Shown here in pieces: positions 9,199-17,747 of a stretch of 64,000 bases of DNA. The notes beneath the pieces are model-generated. The model ran no database searches, was not told the DNA's origin, and saw only the letters and a program-made list of their open reading frames with translations. Where the stretch lies: positions 37,922 to 101,921 of the forward strand of contig DASSHB010000072.1 in the NCBI GenBank assembly GCA_035693125.1, read 5' to 3'. The translations under genes were made by a program, and so were the position numbers. Source of the DNA: Candidatus Limnocylindrales bacterium. Lineage in GTDB: Bacteria > Chloroflexota > Limnocylindria > Limnocylindrales > CSP1-4. How positions within the stretch are numbered: position 1 is the stretch's first letter; each line of letters starts with the position of its first letter.

Positions 9199-10167
9199 TC
9201 AGGCGGCGACGTAGCGCTCGCGAAGGAGCCGGCTCGTCTGCCGCGGGAGCACGCCGCCGCCAATGACCTCCTCGAGGCTCAATGGCAGGAACGTCGAGGG
9301 ATCGGTCAGGAGGTCGCGATAGCGTGCGCACAGGTCGACCATGTCGACGTTGTCCGTCGGGTGGACGAGCGCGTACCGACCCCACGTCCACTCGCCGCTC
9401 GGGTGCTGGAGCATCGAGAAGAGGAGGAGCTGCTCCAGCCACGGAGACCACAGGTCACTCCGGCCGTGGAGCGCCTCGAAGGCCTCCGGCCGAAAGGCTT
9501 CGGAGCGCTCGTGGACCTCGCGATACCGCCACAGGTTCTGGGGCTTCGGGGTCTCGACCGTCAGGCGCTCGTGGTACTTGACGTCGACCGCGAGGATCCC
9601 GCGGGTGCCGTCGCCGCGATCGAGCACGAAGGCCGCATCGAAGGCGCGGAGGCTGTTCAGCCACTCCGGGTCGAGCCGGCCGGGGGAGTGGGCGAACCGG
9701 ACGTCGGTGACGCGTCCGGGCGCATCCGGCGCCCAGGCATGGACGGCGCGATCGGCCCGGCGCAGGTCGGCGGCCAGGTCACCGAAGAGGTTGAAGGCGA
9801 GGGCTTCCGAGGCGAGGAGGTCCGCCCAGAGGCGCTGGCGGTCGATGCTCTGGTCGTGCTCGACGAACGACATCCGGCGGCGAGCGGCCTCCAGCGCCGC
9901 CGGCGTGAGGAGGCTGGCCCCGGTCTTCTCGGCGAACGCCAGGGCGAGCCGGTTGCCCACGGGCCGGACCTCGGCCCCGGCTCGGGCTCGGAAGGGCTGG
10001 CTGCCGATCGGGAGGCCGCGGGCCTCACGCCACCTCGCGTGATGGAGCCGGGTGGCCTGCCGGAAGGCGGTCATCGCGGGCTTGCGGGCCACGACGTCGG
10101 ATGGGTCCCAGCAGTGCGCGGCCTCGAGCTCGGCGCGGGACGGGGAGGGGGCGCTGGCCTGGCTCAC
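9199..10167 (-). CDS. PD-(D/E)XK nuclease-fold protein, uncharacterised family
   Basis: 322 aa. Ordered motif elements are E in LLASEALAFNLFGD, D in FDAAFVLD and D-x-K in ILAVDVKYHE. There is a 4-nt overlap with the upstream gene. Confidence 0.6.
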   Translation of the reverse strand: MSQASAPSPSRAELEAAHCWDPSDVVARKPAMTAFRQATRLHHARWREARGLPIGSQPFRARAGAEVRPVGNRLALAFAEKTGASLLTPAALEAARRRMSFVEHDQSIDRQRLWADLLASEALAFNLFGDLAADLRRADRAVHAWAPDAPGRVTDVRFAHSPGRLDPEWLNSLRAFDAAFVLDRGDGTRGILAVDVKYHERLTVETPKPQNLWRYREVHERSEAFRPEAFEALHGRSDLWSPWLEQLLLFSMLQHPSGEWTWGRYALVHPTDNVDMVDLCARYRDLLTDPSTFLPLSLEEVIGGGVLPRQTSRLLRERYVAA

Positions 10168-10616
10168 CGGGCGCTCGAGCCGCTGCGCCGCGCCGTCGAG
10201 GTCGCGAGCCGGCCGTGCGCCTCGTCGAGGAGCGGCGTCACGACGGTCCGGAACGTCTCGTCGCTCGGATTCAGGATCGAGATCCAGCGCTGCTTCGCGT
10301 AGACGGGGTGGGGGAGGAGGGTGTCGAGTGCGGCGTGGTCCCGATCGGATGCCGCGCCCGCGATCCGCTCGAACGTTGCCTTGCCGACGCCGAGGTTCAG
10401 CCGGAAGGTCCCCGGCCGCGCACTGAGGTTCGACGGCGCGCCCTCGTCGTGCTCGTCGGTCGTCACGATCGTCGCGAAGTTCGGCCAGTGCGACGCGTCG
10501 AGGGAGAAGAATGTCGCGCCCATCGCCTGGGCGGTGACCGTCTCCGGGTAGCGCTCGAGGATGAACGTCGTGATCGCCTCCGGGTCCGGCCCGGTCGGCA
10601 GCTCGTCATTCGTCAT
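10164..10616 (-). CDS. conserved hypothetical protein (DUF6194-like by memory)
   Basis: 150 aa: FFSLDASHWPNFATIVTTDEHD...RPGTFRLNLGVGKATFE...LLPHPVYAKQRWISILNP. Translationally coupled to 9199..10167. Confidence 0.6.
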   Translation of the reverse strand: MTNDELPTGPDPEAITTFILERYPETVTAQAMGATFFSLDASHWPNFATIVTTDEHDEGAPSNLSARPGTFRLNLGVGKATFERIAGAASDRDHAALDTLLPHPVYAKQRWISILNPSDETFRTVVTPLLDEAHGRLATSTARRSGSSAR

Positions 10617-10674
10617 GGCTCGAGCCTACGTCTTGCATGTCAAGTGCAGGTTCCTGGATCGCCATCTCTAGGAA

Positions 10675-11313
10675 TCATGAGAATTCGATGCGCATCACGA
10701 CCCGGCGAGGAGTCGGGTGGGAGACCTCCTCGAAACCGGCCGCGGCGAAGACGCTCCGGGCGCCCACGTTGAGCTCGCCCCAGGTGACCTCGACGCCGGG
10801 CTCGGTCAGGAGCGGATAGCCCTCGAGGGCTCGAGCCCCGCAGCTCCTTGCGCGTTCGACTGCCGCCGTCAGCAGCAGCCGCGTGATGCCCCGGCGACGG
10901 TAGCCCGCCCGGACCACGAAGCAGGGGATCGCCCAGACGGACGGATCAGCCGGGTCCTCGTCGCGGCCGGCCCATGGCACCGGACTGTTCAGGAGTCGCG
11001 GGATGAACGCGCTCCGCGGCTCGACGTTGCACCAGCCGACCGGCTCGCCGTCGAGCGATGCGACCAGGCCACTCGTGACCTCCGAGCCCGGAAAGCCGCA
11101 GTGGGTCTGATCCTGGAGCCGCTCGACTCGCGCGGCGATGGGGGTCGCCTTGCGCTCCGCCCAGTTGGCGAACTTCCACTTCTGGCACTGACAGTAGGCC
11201 GGGTAGCCGCGGCTGCCGAAGATGGCACGGAGGTCCTCGCCTGACGCTTCGTTCGCGGGCACGATGGACACGCTCGTGGGGTCCAGCTCGACGTATGCGG
11301 GCAAGCGAGGCAC
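10675..11313 (-). CDS. GNAT family N-acetyltransferase
   Basis: 212 aa. Acetyl-CoA loop in VVRAGYRRRGITRLLLTAAVERAR. Confidence 0.8.
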   Translation of the reverse strand: MPRLPAYVELDPTSVSIVPANEASGEDLRAIFGSRGYPAYCQCQKWKFANWAERKATPIAARVERLQDQTHCGFPGSEVTSGLVASLDGEPVGWCNVEPRSAFIPRLLNSPVPWAGRDEDPADPSVWAIPCFVVRAGYRRRGITRLLLTAAVERARSCGARALEGYPLLTEPGVEVTWGELNVGARSVFAAAGFEEVSHPTPRRVVMRIEFS

Positions 11314-11414
11314 GAAGCCAGCCTATCCGACGCGCCGGTCACGTCCTGACACCAACCGGCCGATGAGATCGGCCCGACCGGGCCGTCAATGGGTTGGGCA
11401 GGACGGAGGTGGTG

Positions 11415-11813
11415 ATGGACTACGAGAAGGACCCGCGGGTGGACGCGTACATCGCGGCGCTGCCTGCCTGGCAGGCGACGAGCTTCCAGGAGCTGCGCGA
11501 CCTGATCCACGCCGCGGATCCCGGGATCGGGGAGACGATCAAGCGGACGGTCCAGCCGTATTTCGTGCTCAACGGCAATGTCGCCGCGTTCCTCGCGGCC
11601 AAGGATCACGTCAACGTCTTCCTGTACGACCCGCTCGTCGATGACCCGGCTGGGATCATCACGGCCGGTCACGACAACCAGACGGGTCGCCAGATCGCGA
11701 TCCGGGAGGGCGAGACGATCCCGGCCGAAGCCTTCCGGGCGATCGTCCGCCAGATCGCCGACCACAACCGGGCCGGCGGCTGGCGCAAGCTCAGGGCGTC
11801 GACGACCGGCTGA
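11415..11813 (+). CDS. DUF1801 (YdhG-like) domain protein
   Basis: The track ORF starts with TTG at 11394. ATG 11415 is preceded by GGAGG about 7 nt upstream. Sequence includes MDYEKDPRVDAYIAALPAWQ...PYFVLNGNVAAF. Confidence 0.7.
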   Translation: MDYEKDPRVDAYIAALPAWQATSFQELRDLIHAADPGIGETIKRTVQPYFVLNGNVAAFLAAKDHVNVFLYDPLVDDPAGIITAGHDNQTGRQIAIREGETIPAEAFRAIVRQIADHNRAGGWRKLRASTTG

Positions 11814-11940
11814 TCGGTGCTCCGGCGTCCGTGTCCGGGGCGCGCTCCGCACCCACGACGAACGCCGGCGACCAGGCGATCGCTTCGCCGGCGGCCGCGG
11901 CCCCGACCCGGATCCCCGCGCGTCGCCCTAGACTCGGCGG

Positions 11941-13470
11941 ATGCCCACCGAGCCGGACCAGCCCGCAGCGCTCCCGATCGATGACGATCCACCGCTGACC
12001 CGCACCCAGCTCCTCGTCACCGCCGGCGTCATGACCGCCATCGCCGTCGCCGCCCTCGATTCCACGGTCGTCGGCACGGCGATGCCGACGATCATCGGCC
12101 AGCTGGGCGGCCTGGGCGAGTACTCGTGGGTCTTCACGGCCTACCTCGTCACCTCGACGACGACCGTGCCGCTGTACGCGCGGCTGGCCGACATCCATGG
12201 CCGCAAGCCGGTCTTCCTGATCGGCCTAGCGCTGTTCGTGCTGGGCTCGGTCCTGTGCGGGACGGCCCATTCGATGCTCGAGCTGATCGTCTGGCGGGCG
12301 GTCCAGGGGCTGGGCGCCGGTGCCGTCCAGCCCATCTCGTTCACGATCGCCGGCGACATCTTCACGTCCCGCCAACGGGCCCGGATGCAAGGCGTGTTCT
12401 CGGGCGTCTGGGGCGTGTCCGCCGTCGTCGGGCCGGCGCTCGGCGGGATCATCACCACGACCGTCGGCTGGCCGTGGGTCTTCGAGATCAACCTGCCGGT
12501 CGGGATCCTGGCGGCCGCGATCATCTGGTTCGCGTTCCACGAGCGCTTCGAGCGCCATCCGCAGTCGATCGACTGGCTGGGCGCCGCGCTCCTGACCGGA
12601 TCCGTCGTCCTCCTCCTCTTCGCGGTCTCCGAGGGCGGCCAGCTCTTCGGCTGGACGTCCCCGCTCGTCATGGCGATGCTGGGCGGCGCCGTCGCGCTGT
12701 TCGTCGCCTTCGTCTGGAATGTCCGCCGCGTCCCCGCTCCGCTCGTCGACCTGGAGCTGGTCCGGTCACCGCTGGTCCGGGCCGGCCTGGGGATCAGCAT
12801 CCTCGCCGGGATCGTGATGTTCGGGGAGACGACGTACGTTCCGCCGATGGTCCAGGGCGTCCACGGCGGGTCCGCGCTCGATGCCGGGGCCGCGGTGGCG
12901 GCCATGTCGCTCGGCTGGCCGATCGCGTCCGTCGCGGCCGGCCGGATCCTGCTCCGAACCGGCGCCCGACCGATCGTGCTCGCGGGAACGGCGGCGATCG
13001 CGATCGGCGCGCTGTTGCTGACCCAGCTCGCCCGGATCGACGCCCTGTGGTTCGCGATGCTTGCGTGCTTCGTGACCGGCGTCGGGATGGGACTCACGTC
13101 CACGACCCTGCTCGTCGTGATCCAGGGGGCCGTGGTCTGGAGCCGGCGGGCCGTCGCCACGGGCCTCGTCCAGTTCAGCCGGACGATCGGGGGCGCGGTC
13201 GGGGTCGGGGTGATGGGCGGGGTGCTCGCCGCGTTCGTGGGATCCGCCTCGTCGGCGATCCTCGATCCGGCCGCGCGCGGGTCCGTCTCGCCCGCGGCAG
13301 CCGAGGCGGCCCGCAGCTCCCTCGCGGCGGGTCTCGACGTCACGTACTGGATCATGGCCGTCGCGGCGGCCGTCGCATTCGTCGTGGCGGTCCGGACGAT
13401 GCCGGACGTCGAGCTGGGCCACGAGATCGCCAGCCCGCCCGACCGAGCCCGACCGGCGGACGCCGCCTAG
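11941..13470 (+). CDS. MFS transporter, DHA2 (14-TMS drug:H+ antiporter) type
   Basis: 509 aa, about 14 hydrophobic segments, motif LADIHGRKPVFLIGLALFVLGS. Confidence 0.85.
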   Translation: MPTEPDQPAALPIDDDPPLTRTQLLVTAGVMTAIAVAALDSTVVGTAMPTIIGQLGGLGEYSWVFTAYLVTSTTTVPLYARLADIHGRKPVFLIGLALFVLGSVLCGTAHSMLELIVWRAVQGLGAGAVQPISFTIAGDIFTSRQRARMQGVFSGVWGVSAVVGPALGGIITTTVGWPWVFEINLPVGILAAAIIWFAFHERFERHPQSIDWLGAALLTGSVVLLLFAVSEGGQLFGWTSPLVMAMLGGAVALFVAFVWNVRRVPAPLVDLELVRSPLVRAGLGISILAGIVMFGETTYVPPMVQGVHGGSALDAGAAVAAMSLGWPIASVAAGRILLRTGARPIVLAGTAAIAIGALLLTQLARIDALWFAMLACFVTGVGMGLTSTTLLVVIQGAVVWSRRAVATGLVQFSRTIGGAVGVGVMGGVLAAFVGSASSAILDPAARGSVSPAAAEAARSSLAAGLDVTYWIMAVAAAVAFVVAVRTMPDVELGHEIASPPDRARPADAA

Positions 13471-14316
13471 CTAGCGGTTCCGTTCGGACCGCACGAACAG
13501 GAACGTCCCGGCGACGAGGAACCCGAGAAACGACACGGCAATGACCGCCGCGTTGATCGAGATCGGCGTGGTGGCCGGCGCCGGCACGCCCGGTTGGAGG
13601 CCGTAGACGACGTTCCGCATCAGCTCGACGGCGTAGCGCAGCGGCGACAGCGCCGACAGGATCGCCAGGGGCAGCGGCAGGTCGTGGATCGGGTTGAACA
13701 CGCCGGCCAGGAAGAACTGCGGCAGGAGGATGAACGAGAAGACCTGGTTCGCGGTGCGCTGGCTCTTCAGGTTGGACAGGACGATCAGGCCGAACGCCCC
13801 GCCGTAGAGCGCCACGACCAGCGAGACCGGGATGAGCGCCAGAAGCACGACCGGCGCGAGCGGGACCCCGATCAGCAGCCCCACGACGACGACGCCGAGC
13901 CCGGTCGGCAGCGCGACGAGCGCCTCGCCGATGATCTTCCCGGCCACGATCGAGTAGCGCGACACCGGCGATACGAAGATCTCCTGGCTGAAGTCCTCCT
14001 CGCGATCCGAGATCAGCGAGACGAGGCCCAGGACCGACGATTGCCAGATCGTCTGGGCCAGGACGCCGGTGAACACGAACGCGGTCAGGTCGAGCCCGTT
14101 CGGACGGCCGAAGCCCGACTGGAGGGCCGGCCCGAGGAGCAGCACGAGGATGAGCGGGAACGACAGCTCGGACACGAGCCGGACCCGGTCGCGCAGGAGC
14201 TTCACGAAGTCGCGATGGGCGATCACCGCGATCGCGGACACCTCCGCCCGCCAGCGCCGCTGGACCGGGCGGTCGGGGCGGGCCGTGGCATCACGGGGGA
14301 GGGCCGTCTCAGCCAC
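13471..14316 (-). CDS. ABC-2 type transporter permease
   Basis: The preferred GTG at 14316 overlaps the upstream ATPase stop (GTGGCTGA). GTG 14241 is an alternative. It has six hydrophobic segments and the pattern IAHRDFVKLLRDRV. Confidence 0.8.
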   Translation of the reverse strand: MAETALPRDATARPDRPVQRRWRAEVSAIAVIAHRDFVKLLRDRVRLVSELSFPLILVLLLGPALQSGFGRPNGLDLTAFVFTGVLAQTIWQSSVLGLVSLISDREEDFSQEIFVSPVSRYSIVAGKIIGEALVALPTGLGVVVVGLLIGVPLAPVVLLALIPVSLVVALYGGAFGLIVLSNLKSQRTANQVFSFILLPQFFLAGVFNPIHDLPLPLAILSALSPLRYAVELMRNVVYGLQPGVPAPATTPISINAAVIAVSFLGFLVAGTFLFVRSERNR

Positions 14317-15406
14317 GGCGCTCGGCCTCCGCGGCGGAGTCCGTGGCGGATTCCGTAGCGTCCGGGGCCTCGATCGCGCGGCCGAGCCCCTCCTCGCCGA
14401 GCTCGGCTCGGCTGACGATCGCGAGATAGGCATCCTCCAGCGACGGCGCGTGGGTCCGGACGAGCGTCAGGGGCGTCGTGATCGCCCGGAGCGTCGCGTG
14501 GGCCGCAGCCGTCCCGACGTCGATTCGGAACGGGCCGGCTCCGCGGGCGCCGATGCCGAGCCGTTGGAGCTCGGAGGCGAGGGCATCGCGGTCGGCCGCA
14601 TCCACCTCGAGGTACTCGCTGGCCAGCGCGGCCGTCAGCTCGGCCGGCGACCCGGTCGCGACGATCCGCCCGGCATCGATCACGCAGATCCGATCGGCCT
14701 GCTCGGCCTCCTCGAGGTAGTGCGAGGTGAGGACGATCGTCGTCCCATTGGCCGAGCGAACGTCGCGGAGATAGCTCCACAGGGCGCGCCGGCTCGGAGC
14801 GTCGAGACCGGTCGTGGGCTCGTCGAGGAACAGGACGGCCGGCCGATGGACCAGGCTCCGGACGATCTCGAGCTTGCGGAGCATCCCGCCCGAATACGTC
14901 TTGACCGGCTTGAAGACGTCCCGCCCGAGCTCCAGGAGCCCGGCCCAGTCCTCCACCTGGCGGCGGTAGCCGGCGGCCATCAGCCCATACGACGGGGCGT
15001 ACGGGTAGAGGCCGTAGAGGATCGCGTGGAAGCGCACGTTCTCCTCGCCCGTCAGGTTCCGGTCCAGGCTGGGCCGCTGGAAGATGATCCCGACCCGCTG
15101 CCGGACCGCGGCCGCATCGGCGACGACGTCGAGGCCGTCGATCAGGGCCCGGCCGTCGGTGGGAGCAAGCGTCGTGGTGAGGATCGAGAGCGTCGTGGTC
15201 TTGCCCGCGCCGTTGGGCCCGAGGAGCGCGAAGAACTCGCCCGCGGCCACGTCGAACGAGATGCCGTCGACGGCGTTCCGCTCGGCCTTGCGATAGCGCT
15301 TGACGAGTCCTTCGACTCGGATCGCCGGTGCTGCGGGCGATCGTGGATCACGGCCGGCCTCGAGCGGCGCCGAAGCACCATGCCCCTGGGGGACGACTTC
15401 AGGCAT
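14309..15406 (-). CDS. ABC transporter ATP-binding protein (DrrA-like exporter ATPase)
   Basis: Walker A GPNGAGKTTT, signature YSGGMLRKLEI, Walker B VLFLDEPTTGLD. Confidence 0.9.
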   Translation of the reverse strand: MPEVVPQGHGASAPLEAGRDPRSPAAPAIRVEGLVKRYRKAERNAVDGISFDVAAGEFFALLGPNGAGKTTTLSILTTTLAPTDGRALIDGLDVVADAAAVRQRVGIIFQRPSLDRNLTGEENVRFHAILYGLYPYAPSYGLMAAGYRRQVEDWAGLLELGRDVFKPVKTYSGGMLRKLEIVRSLVHRPAVLFLDEPTTGLDAPSRRALWSYLRDVRSANGTTIVLTSHYLEEAEQADRICVIDAGRIVATGSPAELTAALASEYLEVDAADRDALASELQRLGIGARGAGPFRIDVGTAAAHATLRAITTPLTLVRTHAPSLEDAYLAIVSRAELGEEGLGRAIEAPDATESATDSAAEAERRG

Positions 15407-16085
15407 CGCGCGTCCGGCCGCTGGGATCGCGATCCTGGAGCTCCCAGGCGTGGTCCAGAGCGTGGTACGCGGTCCTCCGGATCAGGAACTGGATCGGCCA
15501 GGTGCGGGCGGGGCGGGCGTCGGCGTTGTACGCCCGGATCGCGTCGAGGTAGGCCGCTCGATGCGCCGCCAGGCCGGGCGCGGTCAGGACCTCGTCCGGG
15601 GGCGTCCGGACCTCGACCTTCCGGGACATCTGCTCCGGCTCGTTGATCAGGACGTGCCGGACGATCTGGTCGCGGGTCCGGCCGGCGCTGCGCGGGCCGG
15701 GCAGGAGCTCCTCGGGCGCGGCCGCCGCCACCGCGTCGAACGTCGCCCACGCCGCCTGGAGGAGCGTCAGGCGGCGCTCCAGGGCCGCCGGGTCCAGGAC
15801 CTCGCGCTCGATCTCCGAGGGGACGTGGGCGATGCCCCAGAAGTCGGTCGAGCTGGAGCCAGGCATCCGCTCGACGACGTCGATCTCGGCGGCTCGGTCG
15901 AGCTCCCGTGCGCGGCCCGCCCGCGTCGCGACCGAGGAGTAGCGCGGGCGATAGGCCGCCAGGCGCGCGATCGCGTCGTCTTCCGAGGTTCCCCACCGAT
16001 CGAGCCCGGGCCAATCGAGCGCAGCGGCGACCACGCGGCGCTTCCTGCCCATCTCGAGGATCACCCGGAGCGCAGGGTTGGGCAT
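15399..16085 (-). CDS. DinB-like superfamily protein with small N-terminal HicB-like region
   Basis: 228 aa. The C-terminal His pattern (IVRHVL..., RRTAYHALDHAWEL) is DinB-like. An 8-nt overlap with the ABC ATPase start places it first in that operon. Confidence 0.55.
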   Translation of the reverse strand: MPNPALRVILEMGRKRRVVAAALDWPGLDRWGTSEDDAIARLAAYRPRYSSVATRAGRARELDRAAEIDVVERMPGSSSTDFWGIAHVPSEIEREVLDPAALERRLTLLQAAWATFDAVAAAAPEELLPGPRSAGRTRDQIVRHVLINEPEQMSRKVEVRTPPDEVLTAPGLAAHRAAYLDAIRAYNADARPARTWPIQFLIRRTAYHALDHAWELQDRDPSGRTRDA

Positions 16086-16127
16086 GGCTCGATGCTAACG
16101 GCTCCGCCGCGAGGCATCATCGGCACC

Positions 16128-17087
16128 ATGACCGCCAAGCCCGCCTTCATCGCGCCGATGCTCGCGACCCTCGTGGGCGCCCCCTTCGACGACCCGGGCT
16201 GGCTGTTCGAGGTGAAGTGGGACGGTTTCCGGGTCGAGACGGTCGTGGACGGCGCGTCGGTCCGGCTCTGGACGCGGGGCGAGCAGGACGCGGCGGCTCG
16301 CTATTTCGGCGACTTCCTGAGCCCGCCCAGCTGGCTGGACGCGAAGCGGGCGATCGTGGACGGCGAGGTCATCGCCCTCGACGAGCGGGGCGAACCGGAC
16401 TTCGCCCTGCTCCAGGCCCGGATCAAGGGACGAGCTGGCGGTGCCGAACCGACCCCCTTCGTCTATGAGGTCTTCGATCTGCTCCATCTCGACGGGCGCT
16501 CGTTGCTCGAGGAGCCGCTGGAGACGCGCCGCGCGCTCCTTGCCAGGGTCATCCGGGCGGACCCGCGGGTGCGGCTGAGCGAGAGCGTCGAGGGCGACGG
16601 GGTCGCGTTCTTCGAGGCCGCCCGAGCCCGCGGTCTCGAGGGGATCATGGCCAAGGACCGGCGCTCGAGGTACCTCCCGGGCGGCCGGACGATGGCCTGG
16701 CAGAAGATCAAGATCCGGCCCGAGCAGGAGCTCGTCGTGGGCGGCTGGGCGGTGGGGACGGGCAAGGCCGCCGATCTCGGAGCGTTGCTCGTGGGCGTGT
16801 ACGAGGACGGCGGGCTCCGGTATGCGGGCAAGGTCGGCGCATTCTCCACGAGCCAACGCGAGGAGCTCCTGGCGACGCTGCACCGCCTCGCGGCGGACGA
16901 CTCACCGTTCGCCGGCCCACTCCCGCGGGCCGCCGCCCGAACCGCCCATTGGATTCGGCCGGAGCTCGTGATCCGGGCGGATTTCGCGGGCTGGACGGGT
17001 GACGGCCTCGTCCGCCAGGCCGCGTACAAGGGAATCGAACCCGAGAAGAACCCACGCAAGGTGCTCCGCGAGCGGCCGCGGACCTGA
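16128..17087 (+). CDS. ATP-dependent DNA ligase (LigD ligase-domain / LigC type)
   Basis: Internal ATG of track ORF 15300..17087. Motif I is FEVKWDGFR (adenylated Lys). Further motifs are DGEVIAL, EGIMAK and WQKIK. About 319 aa, with no polymerase or phosphoesterase domain. Confidence 0.85.
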   Translation: MTAKPAFIAPMLATLVGAPFDDPGWLFEVKWDGFRVETVVDGASVRLWTRGEQDAAARYFGDFLSPPSWLDAKRAIVDGEVIALDERGEPDFALLQARIKGRAGGAEPTPFVYEVFDLLHLDGRSLLEEPLETRRALLARVIRADPRVRLSESVEGDGVAFFEAARARGLEGIMAKDRRSRYLPGGRTMAWQKIKIRPEQELVVGGWAVGTGKAADLGALLVGVYEDGGLRYAGKVGAFSTSQREELLATLHRLAADDSPFAGPLPRAAARTAHWIRPELVIRADFAGWTGDGLVRQAAYKGIEPEKNPRKVLRERPRT

Positions 17088-17124
17088 CCGGGCGACCGCG
17101 TCGCGGACGGTCCGGGCCGGCCGA

Positions 17125-17631
17125 TCACGTGGGCCTACGCCGCCGCCAGCGGATCGTGCCGCTCCCTTCGCCCGCCCGAGCGAAGCCGGCGGCCATCAGG
17201 ACCCGCGCCGACGCCTCGTTCTCGGGGTCCGAGCGCGCCGTCACCTCCTCGATGCCGGGCTCGCGGAGCGCCCACTCGACGATCGCCCCCGCCGCTTCCG
17301 TCGCGTAGCCGCGCCGTCGCCGGTCGGGGATCACGCTGAACCCGATCTCGACGGTCCGGCCCTGGGGCGGACCGAAGAAGCCGATGTCGCCGACGACCGT
17401 GCTCGTGTCGCGCTCGATGATCAGCCAGACGCCGAGCTGCTCCGCCTCGGCGTCGGCGGCCGCCGCCTGCATCGGCAGGACGTCGAGCAGGTCGACCTGC
17501 GGCCAGGCGTCGGGCAGCCGTGCGCCGATGATCAAAGCTGCCGTCGAGCGATCGTCGGGCAGGGCGGCTGCGGCCTCGGCCGGCAACGGCGTGATCTCGA
17601 GGTGGCGCGTTCCGATCCTGGGAGGACGCAC
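17125..17631 (-). CDS. GNAT family N-acetyltransferase (RimJ/RimL-like)
   Basis: 168 aa: IGFSVIPDRRRRGYATEAAGAIVEWAL. Confidence 0.8.
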   Translation of the reverse strand: MRPPRIGTRHLEITPLPAEAAAALPDDRSTAALIIGARLPDAWPQVDLLDVLPMQAAAADAEAEQLGVWLIIERDTSTVVGDIGFFGPPQGRTVEIGFSVIPDRRRRGYATEAAGAIVEWALREPGIEEVTARSDPENEASARVLMAAGFARAGEGSGTIRWRRRRPT

Positions 17632-17747
17632 CCCCGAATCGTCGCACGGATCGGCCCTCCGGGGGTTCGCCCGGCCGGCGGGACGGAGGAATGCCGGTGG
17701 CGCGTCCCCTGCCGATCTGTGGCGAGCGACTCGATTAGCCTTCGGCC

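Noticed and set aside
7857-10167. Methyltransferase plus PD-(D/E)XK nuclease on the same strand as a possible restriction-modification system
   Set aside because: The methyltransferase has a small-molecule class I SAM-MTase layout with no (D/N)PP(Y/F) or cytosine-C5 motifs. A DinB gene and a 69-nt gap separate the two genes.
8143-10302. 719-aa plus-strand ORF; similar long ORFs at 24297..26189, 41498..43687, 45850..47646 and 48710..51178
   Set aside because: Each lies opposite or out of frame to several well-supported genes and gives low-complexity R/P/G/A/D translations. I treat them as GC-content artefacts.
10617-10674. TTGACA and GGAAC...CGT elements in the lower-GC gap upstream of 10616, as sigma-70 or ECF promoters
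   Set aside because: The spacing to any -10-like element is wrong (about 9 nt for TTGACA-TAGGCT, about 19 nt for GGAAC-CGT). Only a possible leaderless TAGGCT -10 remains, which is too weak to call.
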